A stretch of 64,000 bases of DNA from assembly GCA_030390025.1 (NCBI GenBank), contig CM059432.1, positions 6,324,001-6,388,000 of the forward strand. The letters are read 5' to 3'. The position numbers and the translations under genes were made by a program. Below are positions 47,166 through 60,618 of the stretch, in pieces. The notes under the pieces were generated by a model, which saw only the letters and a list, made by a program, of their open reading frames with translations, had not been told where the DNA came from and did not search any database. This DNA comes from Squalus acanthias (taxonomy: Eukaryota). The stretch's first letter is position 1; each line of letters opens with the position of its first letter.

Positions 47166-48175
47166 CAATAGTTTAGAAACTTTGTGATTTGAAGGTGCTT
47201 ATTGTGCAGCTATTTTTGTCCCTATCCTGACCTATTAGTGTATAAAGTGATTTCACTGGTGAGTTTTAACAGTGGAAAAATCGAACATATTTATTTACAG
47301 TTTTGTGCAAGAAGTGTACTTAGTGTTTGGAGGTAGAACGTATTGAAATCCAGGTTAGAATTTTTTGTTTGAGTTCAACAACTTCAATGCCACATTTGTA
47401 ATTTTTAGAAATATCTCTTAAATACTGGTTAGACAGTCATCCATCTTGCAGTTGGTTCTTTCACCTGTCTTTTTAGGAAGAAGCACCATTGCATAACCAT
47501 TCAGCTGTTTGGGCTTCCAAACCTTTTTATTGTGTTGATCCTTGAGCAGGACTTGGTTGAACCTCTTAACCCTTCTGTTGTTGAATAAACAGGAACTCTG
47601 ATCTCAAGTGTAAAGGGGATGAGCTATGAGAAAAGACGAGAGAAGCCTAACCCCTATCGTTCAGATATAAGACAGCTAAAGGTGCACCTTTGTTGAGGTA
47701 CATAAATTATTAAATGATACAGATTGAGTAAACTCTGATTAGAAGCTATAAATTTACATTCAGTGAAAAGTAGAGTGATAAATGTTTGGAATAATTTGCC
47801 AAGCATGGTAAAAGGGATGAAGATATCATGAGGTTTGACCCTTGCCAATGATACCAAGTTGGAAGGGGTTACAGATTAGTAGGAAACAAGCAGTAGATTT
47901 CCAGAGGTGGGAGATGTTTAATGTAGAGAAACTGGTGAAAGGGACCAAATAGTATAAAATAGATGGGTACAGTCTGCAGGAAATGAGAGGTGAGGGATCT
48001 GCGGGGGCGGGTGGGGGGTGCGGGGCTGGTCAGTGGAAAATGCGCTTAAACTGTCAGCACATTTTGGAGCTCTGATGAAACAGGTAGACATGATCTTGGG
48101 ATGTATAGCTCGAGAGATAAAGGATAAGTCCCAGGAAGTGATAATTAGTTTGTACAAAGAACTAGTCTACCTGTA

Positions 48176-48511
48176 TAACAACAGAAAACGCTGGAAAAAC
48201 TCAGCAGGCCAGGCAACATCCATGGAGAGAGAAACAGAGTTAACGTTTCAGGTCGAAACCCTTCATCGGAACTGAGAGAAGAGCAGGAAATTAAACAGAT
48301 AAAAATGCAAGGGGGAGGCTGTGGGGAGGAATAAAAGAACAAAAGGGATGGTCTATGGTAAGTAGAGACATTAAGAGATGCTCAAGGCAAGACAAGATGG
48401 TAATGGGACAGGTTAAGAAACAAAAGGTGAGGTGTGAAATGCTGGCAGAATGAGAGACCGCTGCCGTGGGGGGGAGAGAGAGGGAAAAAAAGGAAAAAGG
48501 CACGGACCTAT
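48176..48511 (-). mobile_element. Penelope pLTR fragment
   Basis: tagtc(t/c)acctgta at 48163-48175 and 48512-48524; minus-strand CCGAUGA...GAAACGUU. Confidence 0.8.
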
Positions 48512-48539
48512 TAGTCCACCTGTAACTTGAGTATAAAAG

Positions 48540-48828
48540 AAAAAGAAAGAAAGACTTGCATTTCTACAGCACCTTTCACAACCTCAGGACATCCCAAAGC
48601 GCTTTACAGCCAATGAAGTACTCTTGAAGTGTAGTCACTGTTGTAATGTAGGAAACGCGGCAGCCAATTGTGCACAGCAAGCTTCCACAAACACCAATGT
48701 GATAATAACCAGATTTTTTTTTAGTGATGTTGATTGAGGGATAAATACTTGCCAGGGCACAAGGGATAACTCCCCTGCTCTTCTTCGAAGTAGTGCCATG
48801 GGATCTTTTGTATCCACTTGAGAGAGCA
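48540..48828 (-). mobile_element. DeuSINE 3' half
   Basis: Family match. Confidence 0.85.
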
Positions 48829-49507
48829 GTTCTTGGGGGGGAACATCCTTGCCTGGGTGTAAATAAAATGAATGCAACTAAGTTGATAGGTAGGATTGGA
48901 CACTTCTGTTATAAAGAAAGACTATGGGTACTAGGAGTGTTTACATTGGAAAAAAGGCGACTTCGAGACAGTCTTATTGGATTGTTTACAATCCTTGGGT
49001 GACTAGCTAAGTAGAATCGCAGAGCTGTTTAATATTAACATAAGGGACGTGAATTCAAGCTTAGAAGACAAAAGGTGAATACACAGTTAAGATATAGGCT
49101 GGTCCACGTATTCACGTGGTAAGTATGTGAGATAACAGGCAGGAAGGTACTGCGAGAGGAGGGTATTTTAAACTTTGAGAACTATCGATACATTTTTGGA
49201 AGATTTGGCTATTGAACAATATGAGAGACAAAGTTGGGCAGTGATATGTGACTTCTGATACTGGCCCGATGGATGGAAATACTCTGATCCTGAACAGCCC
49301 TTAGAACAGATATGATTTGGGGGAAGGGTGGTTAGTTAAGTGTGTTGAGTGCTGTGTTATTGGTAACCATGGCCTGCTGGAGATTGCTTGATCGCCTTTG
49401 GGAGTCTAGAGGAATTTGCCTTGGGGAGTTTTTCCTGAAGTTGACCACTGGTTATTTTCCAAGATTTTGCCTAACCCAGGACTTAGCGTTACAAGTGGTT
49501 GGGGAGG

Positions 49508-49795
49508 ATAAGAACATAAGAAATAGGAGCAGGACCAGGAGTAGGCCATTCGGCCCTTTTGAGCCTGCTCTGCCATTCAATAAGATCATGGCTGATCGTC
49601 TACCTCAACTCCACCTTCCCACACTATCTCCATATCCCTTGATTCCCTTAATATCCAAAATTCTATCAATCTCAGCCTTGAATATTCTCAACGACTGAGC
49701 ATCCACAGCCCTCTGGGGTAGATAATTCCGAAGATTCACATCCCTTTGAGTGAAGAAATTTCTCCTTATCTCAGTCTTAAGTGGATGACCCCTTG
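49508..49795 (-). mobile_element. CR1 3' fragment
   Basis: KTEIRRNFFTQRDVNL; CR1 tail. Confidence 0.85.
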
Positions 49796-50019
49796 CAAGG
49801 ATGGTGCATGAGGTTGTGCCATCCAACAGGTGTGCTGAGCATTGATGGGCTTGAATTTTTGTTGCCTTCCTTGGTTGTCCAAAATACAGTTGGAGACTTG
49901 GGGTACTAGAGGTATGATCATCAGTAGGCTGAATGGCCTGTCTTTATCATTTAACTTTTCTTGTTGTGTTTTTATGTTACGTTAGGAAAGCTTTGGTTCT
50001 GGCTACCTGTTTAAAGATT

Positions 50020-50665
50020 AGAATCGTACAGCACAGAAGGAGGACATTTGGTCTATCTTGCCTGTACCGGCCCTCTGAACGAGCTACCAATTAGTCCCAC
50101 TCCCCTCTCTTTCCCCAAAACCCTGCAAACGTTTCCTTTTTAAGTAGAGATGCAATTCTCTTTTGAAAGTTACTATTGAATCTGCTTCCACCACCCTTTC
50201 AGGCAATGCTTTCCAGATCACAACAACTTGCTGAGTAAAGAAAATTCTCCTCATCTCCTCCAGGGCTTTTTTGCTAATTATTTTAAATTTGTGTCCTCCG
50301 GTTACTGACCCTCCTGCCAGTGGACACAGTTTCTCCCTATCCAATCTATCAAAAGCCCTCATAATTTTGATCACCTCAATTAAATCTCCCCTTAACCTTC
50401 TCTGCAAAAAGGAGAACAAGCCCAGCTTCTCCAGTCTCTCCAGATAACTGAAACTGCTCATCCTTGGTACCATTCTACTAAATCTCCTCTGCATTTTCTC
50501 CAAGGCCTTGACGTCCTTTCTGAAGTGTGATGCCCAGAGTTGGACACAATACTCCAGCTGAGGTCTAACCAGTGATTTATAAAGGTTTATAACTTCCTTG
50601 CTTTTGTACTCAATGCCTCTATTTATAAAGCCAAGGATCTCGTATGCTTTTTTAACAGCTTTAAT
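50020..50665 (-). mobile_element. CR1 3' fragment
   Basis: ORF 50084-50503. Confidence 0.88.
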
Positions 50666-50784
50666 CTATCAATCTGATTGAAATCAATTTTGCTGAGTGG
50701 TAGTTAAGCATGAAAATGAAAGTGTTTGAAAATTGCCTCTGGAGTTAAATTCTAAAAATAGTTGTTTTGCCTCAGAGAAGATCC

Positions 50785-52180
50785 AGGTAGAGTTTCCGTT
50801 CGGTTGCGCTGTTTTTTGAGCGCAAATTTAAGCGCAAATTATGTTCAGCGCAAATCGAGTCTCCGCGATCTTTTGCGCTAGTTTTAAAAACATTGTGCTG
50901 GAAGCCGGCCCTGCCCACAACTGGCCACGCCCCCTGGCTGAACTAATCACCATTGGGAGTTTCAGCGAATTGCGCTCGTTTGCAGGCCTTCGAGGAGGCT
51001 CAAAAACCTAAGTTGGATCTTTTGGGCGCAAGGACACTAATAGGGACATTTTAAAAGCTTTTGAATGTAATTTAAAAAAAATTTAATAAGAAACTGACTA
51101 CTGTACTCCAATGTAACTAGCAAATGGTTCTGTATATTTTTTTTAAAGTGACGTTCTGTATGCAGGTGCAGCAAGTGATTAAGAAGGCCAATGGAATGTT
51201 GGCTTTCATTGCTAGGGGGATAGAATATAAAAATAGGGAGGTATTGCTTCAGTTGTACAAGGTATTGGTGAGACTGCACCTGGAATACTGCATACAGTTT
51301 TGGTGTCCATACATACTTCAAAGACATACTTGCTCTCGAGTCAGTACAAAGAAGGTTCACTCGGTTAATCCCGGGGATGAGGGGATGGACATATGAGGAG
51401 AGGTTGAGTAGATTGGGACTCTACTCATTGGAGTTCAGAAGAATGAGAGGCGATCTTATTGAAACATATAAGATTGTGAAGGGGTTGGATCGGGTGGATG
51501 CGGGGAGGATGTTCCCGATGACGGGTGAAACTAGAACTAGGGGGCATAGTCTTAGAATAAGGGGCTGTTCTTTCAAAACTGAGATGAGAAGGAACTACTT
51601 CACTCAGAGGGTGGTAGGTCCATGGAATATGCTGCCCCAAAAAGCTGTAGAAGCTACATCATTACATAAATTTAAAACAGAAATAGACAGTTTCCTAGAA
51701 GTAAGGGAATTAAGGGTTACGGGGAGCGGGCAGGAATTTGGACATGAGTCTAGGTTCGGATCGGTCATGGCCCTGTGGGTAGCGTAGCGGGCCCAGGGGC
51801 CGTGTAGCCTGATCCTGCTCCTATTTCGTGTGTCCAATTCTGTTTGGTTCAGGAGATGGTTCTGTGATAGTAGATTGGGCGGTTAGGATCAGATCAGCCA
51901 TGATCTTATTGAATGGCGGAGCAGGCTCGAGGGGCCAATTGGCCTACTCCTGCTCCTATTTCTTATGTTCTTATGTTCTAAAACGCTGTCCGATTGCGCT
52001 GGTTCATGGCAGATTTTATGTTCAGCGATATGCAAATGAGTTTGAGAGGAAACTCGGGGGGGGGGGGGGGGGGAGGAGAAAACTTCTCTCAACTGGCGCA
52101 ATTTTGGGCGCAGCCGGATTGCTGGTTGCATATTTGGCACAAAGCTATTTCCCTGCCTTCCCTGGAAATTCCAACTCTAC
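50785..52180. mobile_element. Possible Harbinger-like element remnant hosting CR1 insertions
   Basis: GCGCAA-repeat-rich arms at 50785-51040 and 51980-52180 flank the CR1; TIR only weak. Confidence 0.35.
51157..51978 (+). mobile_element. CR1 3' fragment plus a second tail
   Basis: ORFs 51124-51396 and 51377-51787. Confidence 0.88.
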
Positions 52181-52569
52181 TGGGCAGGTATTCTCAAGTA
52201 TCTGCCATGCACACTGAGGTAAAAAAGTCATTTAGGATATCGGCCATCCCTTAGTCATAGCGTCACCATTGAGATCCTTCATGGGCCCTGCTGTTTTTCT
52301 GATCTATTTTTTTAATGAATATATATTTTAGAGAAGTCTTTCATATTGCACTTTATATTATGTGCAGTCTTCAACTTTGTTTTGTATTCTAGCTACCTTG
52401 ACCAGCTTCTTCACCCCCTCAACCATATGCATATATTCATCTCTGTCATCTGACCTACCTCCAGATTTATACCTGAGGATTTTATTCCTTTATTTCCCCC
52501 CCCCCCCCCGCATTATTTTACTAACCACGTTATTTTCTTTATTACTTTACCAAATATTCTCCCCAGTAA

Positions 52570-53070
52570 GGCCTTAGAAAGGGTACGGAGGAGGTTCACC
52601 AGGATGTTACCAGGGTTGAGGGACTTTATATGCAGAAAGGTTGGAAAAGTTAGGACTGTTCTCCTTGGAACAGAGAAGGTTAAGAGGTGACCTAAGAGAG
52701 GTTTTCAAGATGATGAGAGGTTTTGATACAGTAGATAGAGAAGAATTATTCTCTCTGGCGAGTGGGTCAGGAACCAGAGGTCATGGATTTAAAGTCATTG
52801 GCAAAAGATCTTGAGGGGAGATGAGGAGAAATGTTTTCACTCAGAGGTGTCAGGATCTGGAACGCTCGACCTGAAAAGGTGGTGGAAGCTGATTCCATAA
52901 ATAATGTGAAAAGGGAGTTGGACAGGTACTTGAGGATGAGGAACTGACAGGGTTACGGACAAAAAGTGGGGATGTGGGACTAAGCACGCCTGCTCTTTCA
53001 AAGAGCCAGCACAGGCACGACAGGCTGAATGGCCTCCTCCTGTGCTGTAAGTTTTTATGATTCCATGATG
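52570..53070 (+). mobile_element. CR1 3' fragment
   Basis: RRFTRMLPG...RRLRGDL...TRGHGFKVIGK; ttccatga tail. Confidence 0.85.
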
Positions 53071-53257
53071 TATGTTTACTTTGTATTCTGTTATGTATTT
53101 GTTAAAAGTAATTTTTAATCCTCTGTCCTTCTAACAATGTGTTTCTCTAGCTCTCTTGATTCTTTACTTAAGTCCTCAAATTCTGCCTTCCTAAAGTTGA
53201 GAGTCTCTTTCCTAATCTTCCTTTTTCCACGAGTCTAACCTTAAAATCAAAAATATT

Positions 53258-54018
53258 GGCCCAGAAATTAAACAGTGAGTGTTCACGTGGGGGTAAGGCT
53301 TCCCTGCGATATCTCACTCCGCGCCTACCTTTTTCCTCCGGGCCCACACGAACTTTAGTTTCAAGGCCAGTCCCACATGCAGCTGTGCAGAGCTTGCGTG
53401 ACCCAGAGACGCAATTAGTTCGTGCGAGCTCTGGGATCACGTGATTCAGTTAGTCAATGGCAGCACACCATCTTTCATTCATAGTTTTAACAGCAAGGGC
53501 TGTCAAAGCTATGAATCCTACACACCCCCAAAAGAACAGCTAAACCTCAATTAAATTAAAAAAAAAAGCCATCACATTAATAAAATAAGTATAGTTAAAT
53601 AAATTAACCACTTTAAACAAAAAATTAAATTTTTGAAAAAATTTAAAATCTTTTTAAAAGTTATAAAAATAAACTTACCTTTCTTTAAAGTCTCTAAAAA
53701 AGATAAACCTGTTGAAAAAAATTTAAAATAATACTTAATTAACTACTTACCTTGTTAAAAGGGGGTCTTACGCCTCCTTTCTTTGTGTAAAATCTTCCAT
53801 GCTTACCTGCGCGTTCATAGCTGCAAAAATAACTAAGTGCACTGCGTGCGCGCAGCCTGTAGTGGGCACGCGGTTCACTTAGGAACCGCCCCCTTTTGAA
53901 TTCACGAAGTGCCGGTTTCCCGCGCATGCGCAGTGCATGCAGGAAACCGGCAATTGGAGACCTAAAACGCGAGAGTACACAGTGCGTACTCTCGCGTATT
54001 AGGTCTAATTTTCGGGCC
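53258..54018. mobile_element. Harbinger/PIF-like MITE, inverted homologue of 2195-2937
   Basis: TIR ggcccagaaatta / taattttcgggcc; ATT on both flanks; colinear palindromes shared with 2195-2937. Confidence 0.72.
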
Positions 54019-55939
54019 ATTGTGATTGCTGTTTTCAAAGTTCTCTCTAACAATTAATTTTTCAAAACTAGTTGAAGCTCTAGTTTTCTCAAATGCTTTT
54101 TTGGTATGGAAAATATATTAAAAAATAACATTGTAAATGTCCTTATATGGTGCCTCACTTTTTATCCTCCCTTCCTTTTTGAACATTTAATAATGAGACC
54201 TTCAAAGAACTTTAGCCAATTGAGACTTGCAATTGAGCTCACACCATCCAATTCTTTAGGAGTATTTTTTTTTTGAATGGTGTGAGAGAAGAAGGGCTTC
54301 TTATTTGAATATTGAAAGGAAAAATGAAAGTTCTCTTCATTGAAAGTTTGTCCAGTCTAAGAGACGGAGACTCATTCCCCTCAACCCCCGCCTCCTCTGT
54401 TCCTTTCATATCCTATGGGCAAGTTGAGGTAATAATTGCCGTTCTGACCAAAAAGCATCAAGTGAAACTACCTTGGGGACAATAAATATGGTGTATGTGA
54501 AGGCGAAAATCAGATGGTAGGGTGATGCAGTGCACTTCGGAGAAAAGGATCTGTTGTGGGATTAGCTGGATGCAGAAGTATACCGAAATGGAGCACTTCC
54601 CAGCAAGAGTATTACTGTCGGGAGAACATGACCTCATTTGAAAATCTTTGAAAGTGATTTGGAATGGCTGGTGTTGGATCTGACTGTTGACTTGGACCTA
54701 TTCTATGTTCCTTTTTTAATGCATTATATTTCCTTTTATAAAAAACATATTTTTGGAATATAGATTTGACTATCATTTTAAAATTAACTCCCCAGCATTG
54801 ACCACACAGTTTTAATGTTGAGTTTGTGCTCAAAGTATAGTGCCAGTTGTGCAAGAACGATTCAGAATATTATAGCAAGCATTATTCTTGAAAAAGGGAA
54901 AAAAAATTAAAAAACAACTTTCTAAGTGCAAGAGTAATTTAAAACGTAGGCAAGCTAAGATTTTGAGTTTTTTTTCCACTGTTCGATATTGAGGTGAAAA
55001 TACATCTTTGCGAAAAAACTTAACGGCAGGACTAGATACGTTCAGGATTTCTGTCCCCATTGTTTTTCTCAGCGGTTACAAGTTAATAGGTTTTTGTTTT
55101 GCAAATTTGCTTCTGGGAATGGAATTGGCTGGGGTTTTCAGTGGAGTTCTGCGTGTGTGTATGGTGTTGTAATTGAAGGCCGGCGAAAGGAAACTGAACC
55201 AATTCCCACCAACATTTGCTGTTCTCCATTGAGATCGGAAGGGAAGTGAACGAAAATAAACACATTTTATTTTCCAAAATCCGATTTCTCCAGCTTGCTC
55301 TACAATTACATTTTGGGGGGGTGGGGGAGGCTCTACTTTTTGCTTAATTAATAAGTCTTTGACCCCCAAAGAATTCAATTCATGCCATAAGTTGCAGGCA
55401 TTTTGAGAAGGTTTCCAATCTCTATAAATTTTCTTTGTATTTGTCCGTAGCACTTTTTTATGCATCTTTCTCAATTTCTGCTGTAATGATGAGGTAACAT
55501 GACCCAAATTATTCTGTGCATTCATTTGATTGCTGGATTTCTTTTTTTGGATTTGCAGCTCAAAGATACTATTTTATATATTTATATTTAAAATAATGCT
55601 TTTGTGTGGAAAGTACAGAATTATTAATTTCATTGTTGTAAATGTTGCTAAAGAACTTTCCCACTAATTTATGCCCAGTGGTCCCAGTTTGAGGCTGGTA
55701 CTTGCTTAGAGCACAGTTAGCAGACTAAAACTATGCCACCAGTTCTACACAGCTTCCTATCGGGGGAAAAAATAAACTCTGTTATAGTTTGTTATTTGAG
55801 TGTTGAAAGAAAAAAGTGCAAGCTTGCTTAGACTAAGAGCAGGAGCCTCCTCCTCCAGTCCCCTCTTATCCTATGGGCATGTTGTGCTAATAATTGCCCT
55901 TCTCATTTAAAAATATGAAGTGAAACTATCTAGAGTTAA

Positions 55940-57105
55940 TAAATGAAAGCCAGCACAGATTTGTTAAGACAAATCATGTTTGACTAACTTGATTGAGTTC
56001 TTTGATGAACTAATGGAGAAGGTGGATGAGGGTGGTGCAGTTGATGTGTACATGGACTTTCAAAAGGCATTTGTTAAAGTACCACATAATAGACTTGTTA
56101 GCAAAATTGAAGCCCATGGGACTAAAGGGACAGTGGCTGCGTGGATGTGAAATTGGCTAAGGGACAGAAAGCCGGGAGTAGTGGTGAACGGTTGTTTCCC
56201 AGACTGGAGGGAAGTGTGCAGTGGTGTCCCCAGGGGTCGGTGTTGTGACCACAGCTCTTTTTGATATATATTAATGACCTGGACTTGGGCATAATTTCAA
56301 AATTTGCAGATGACACAAAACTCAGAAATGTAATAAACTGTGAGGAGTATAGTAACAGACTTCGGGAGGATAGACAGACTGGTGAAATGGGTAGACACAT
56401 GGCAGATGAAATTTAACACCGAGAAGTGATTCATTTTGGTAGGAAGAATTAGGAGAGGGAATATAAACTAAATGGTACAATTTTAAAGGGGGTGCAGGAA
56501 CATACGTACACAAATTTTTGAAAGTGGCAGGACAAGTTGATAAGACTGTTTAAAAAGGCATGTGGGTTCCTTGGCTTTATAAATAGAGGCATAGAGTACA
56601 AAAGCAAGGAAGTTATGCTAAACCTTTATAAAAGGATCTCGCGGCCTTTGCGAGGGTGCAGAGGAAATTTACTAGAATGGCACCAGGGATGAAACACTTG
56701 AGTTACGTGGAGAGACTGGAGAAACTGGGGTTGTTCTCCTTAGAGCAGAGAAGGTTAAGAGGAGATTTGATAGAGGTGTTCAAAATCATAGATGGTTTTG
56801 ATAGAGTAAGTAAGGAGAAACTGTTTCCAGTGGCACAAGGATCGGTAACCAGAGGACACAGTTTTAAGGTAATTGGCAAGAGAACCAGGGAGGCGAAATA
56901 TGCAACGAGTTGTTATGATCTGAAATGTACTGCCTCAAAGTGTGGTGAAAGCAGATTCAATAATAACTTTCAAAAGGGAATTGGATAAATACTTGAAACG
57001 GAAGAATTAGCTGGGCTATGGGGACAGAGCTCTGGATAGCTCTTTCAAAGAGCCGGCACAGACACAATGGGCTGAATAGCCTCCTTCTGTGCTGTATCAT
57101 TCTAT
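55940..57105 (+). mobile_element. CR1 LINE RT region and 3' UTR, degraded
   Basis: SCLTNLIEFFDE, DFQKAF, PQGSVL, FADDTKL; ORF 56656-56988. Confidence 0.88.
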
Positions 57106-57624
57106 GGTCACATGTGAAGGAGAAAATCAGGATTATGTGAAAATTTTGAAGTTAGTTATAAATTTTGAATGTCAATGGGGCTATCTACTTGCTGAGATCA
57201 GTGCCTGGATTTAAGTAATGTGGTAAATTCAAAGATTTTGAGGATGTTCAAAATGTACTGTAGTTGGATACTAGACTGGGTCAGTTGAGTACCAGTAGGA
57301 TGTGGATGGATGATTGAAAGGCTTTTTTTGTCCTTGATTTTCTTCTGTTCTTTGCTAGCACGAAACAGGTTAAAAATGAATTTCTAAAAGGTCCACAGAA
57401 GTCTAATTGACTTGGAACTTTTTAATATTTGGTTCCAGTTGGCTGCAGTTCAAGTGTAGATGGTGTGAAACCAGAGTGGTGCAAAACCATTCTTCTTGGT
57501 GGTCTTGCACTGGTCGCCAAAATGTGATTTGGAACTTCACTGCTGAGTGATGGTATATAATTTATGTCACGGGGAAGCTGAAACGCCTTTATATTGATGC
57601 AGACTGTGTAGTACAAATGGCTCC

Positions 57625-57918
57625 TAAGAAAAAAAAGACTTGCATTTATACAGCACCTTTCCCAATCTCCGGACGTTCCAAAGCGCTTTATCGCCAATTA
57701 AGTACTTTGGAAATGCAGTCACTCTTTTAATGTAGGAAATGCGGCAGCCAATTTGCGAACAGCAAGGTCCCACAACAACAATGTGATAATGATCAGATAC
57801 CCTGTTTTATTGTGATGTTGGTTGAGGGATAAATATTGCCCAGGACACTGGGGAGAACTCCCCTGCTCCTCTTCGAAATAGTGCTGTGGGATCTTTTACG
57901 TCCACTGTGCAGACCGTG

Positions 57919-57949
<31 letters not shown>

Positions 57950-58090
57950 ACCTCCGACAGTGCAGCACTCCCTCAGTACTGCACTGGAGTGTCAGCCTAG
58001 ATTTTGTGCTCAAGTCTCATAGAGTGGGACTTGAACCCACAACCTTCTGACTCAGGCGAGAGTGCTACCCACTGAGCCACAGCTGACACC
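57625..58090 (-). mobile_element. DeuSINE, full length
   Basis: Complete family match. Confidence 0.9.
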
Positions 58091-60618
58091 TAACATCGTA
58101 ATCGATGAGCATTTGTATTCTTGAGAATGGGAGAGGTGAATGATGAGGCAGAGAGACGCATGTGATTCCAATTAAAAATATAATTTGTGAATAACATCCG
58201 CCTTGATTAATTGTGTTTTTTTTTGGAGCCACGTAAGTTATCTGTTGGTTGTAAAGTGCTTTGGAACGTCCTGAGGCACTGTGTCCATCAAACTTCCATC
58301 CACCTTCCCATCTTTCTTGACTCCCTTTACCACTAAGAAATTGGAAGAAATAACTTGAGACAAAAAAGTCTCTTCAGACTGGTGTTAGGATAACTGGATC
58401 GACGCTTAGAATCTGCTTATGTTCTTGGTTCCCTGCGGATATTCTAACATTCTACACCGTGGCGGTGACCTTGTTTCCAGACTAGCTGTCTGCTGTTTGT
58501 GTGCTAGAAAGGTTGTTGACTGTATCTTTGATTTGGCCAACCGAGGCCCAATGCCTATGTTTCTTCCATTATTACTAATAACCATATTATAATGCTAAGT
58601 TAGGATTTTGACTTTGTTTAACAAAACTGCTTTAAAGTGCGTAAGTTAATTAAGTATAAGGACATAGAATAGAAGATATCTTTGGGAATTTAATGATTCA
58701 TTCCATAGTACAATAGTCTGATGAACAGCGTGAACATAAATAACTGATAACAAGCAGCTACGAACATCTGAAGGCCGAGAATGGCATGTCTGACTCCAAA
58801 CTTGGGAGGATAAGCACGGGAGAGATAGTAGGAAATCGTTTGAAAGTATAAACAGGAAAGACATGTGAAGGGGAGGGTTTTCAACCAAAAGTTGAGACAA
58901 AGTTTTAAGAAGAGCCCTTACAGGTTAGATAGTCCTGTCCATAATCTACCCTAGGCCCACCCCTAAAAAGAGAATAAAAGAGATATTTAAAGAGCTTTTA
59001 ACACAGACGGTGAAGGGAAGGGAAGAGCTGTTCGCGCATGCCAGCCGTCTGTCTGATTGGGACCGACACCAGCTGCTTGTCACGGTCGTATGTCTATCTT
59101 GATTGCGTGTTGTAATAAAACTGCCGCTGTTTAATAAAGCGACCTATGATTCCTAAGACCCTTTGGGTAATCTGTGTGTGACCTGTCATCCAAATCTTAT
59201 ACCACCTCCTTTTCTCTTTCCCATTCTTTAGAAGCCCTTTCCTTTCCTGTTCCTTTTCTTTTTCTGTCTTTTCCTTTTTCCCTCCCCCCTTTCCCTTTTT
59301 CCATTCCTTCCTTGCTCATTTTTTTGGAACTAATGCTTTGGTTTGGCATCATGCATCCTTCTACAGCTGAAAACACAAATTAGTCTAATCTGTGACTCCC
59401 ATTGATTTGTCACGGCCTCTTCCACGTGTGGTGGTCACCTGGGTGAGAACTGACCTAATTTGTTAGGCCGGGACAACTGAATCAGGCAAAACTCTGCTGT
59501 GCTTAACAGTCAGTAACCCACTGTATGTGATAGAGGGTTCCACTCTGGGGGGGAAAAAAATTATGACTCTGGACTCCTGTAAGCCTGGGAAAGATATGGG
59601 ACATTTTTTTGAGCGTTAATTCCATATTTTTGTTTCCATAAAATAAAGTGAACTTTAAAAAAATATCCACCTCTGCGGTACTGAGTAATAGGCCAAGTCT
59701 GACATGTTATACTGTGATGATTTTAAACAAGGCTAGTCACGTGACTGCTAAATTGCTATTATTGTAATAAGAATTGAACATGTTGGGCTTGTGATCACTG
59801 AGAAATTACTTTTCTTACCCAGCAATTGTGGTCATCCAATGAGACAACAACAACTTGTATTTATATCGTGCCTTTAGCATAATATAGGTGCAGAGATCAA
59901 AAAGGGAAGGCTGGATTTTGACTTCCAGTGGATGTGAGTTTAAAAAAAATAACATCAGTGTTTTTGCCAAAATGCAGTCAACTTAGTTTTTTTGTGTCGT
60001 TTCACACTGATTCTCAAGGGAATACGTTTCAGATTTTAGTCTTCTCCTCGGGTTTTGATGGAGTTGGTGGAGACGGCTTTCGCTTTACAGACCCCTGTAG
60101 CTAACTCAAGTAAAATAAATTGTTGTACAGACTTGTTATAAAACTTATAAAACTACTGTGTTGGGAGGGGGAAAAATCAATTTTTACCAAAGCTGTGGGC
60201 TTTTGGTTAAGACATAATTCAAAGGGAGTTTTTTTTTATTTACGGTGTGAAGGGATTTAACTTTCCCAGGAATAGACAAGTGCTGACTCTGGAATTTATC
60301 CTCATTGCTTAGAGGGAGGAATAGGTGGGAACAAAATAACTGCTGAACACTGCAGACACAAATGAACGGTACAGTTCCCCTGCCGTGCCCCCATCTACAG
60401 GTGAGATCAATTCTGTATTCAGTTTGCTCCATGTTGGTATCGAGTCCCTAATTCTGTTTATAACTCTGGTTTCTAAATGCCATTTTACATATAATATGCA
60501 ACAGGAATTATTCTGAGCAAGGAGGGCTGTAACTTTGCATGAGACACCATTTTGTCTTGTAAGCAGTGAATTGATTTTGAAATGTGAGGCGAGCAGATAC
60601 AGGCCCTCAAAACACTTT

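Noticed and set aside
52056..52074. Poly-G run as a functional G-quadruplex (also poly-C near 8185 and 52495)
   Set aside because: Homopolymers within repeat or low-complexity context; length is also unreliable in assemblies
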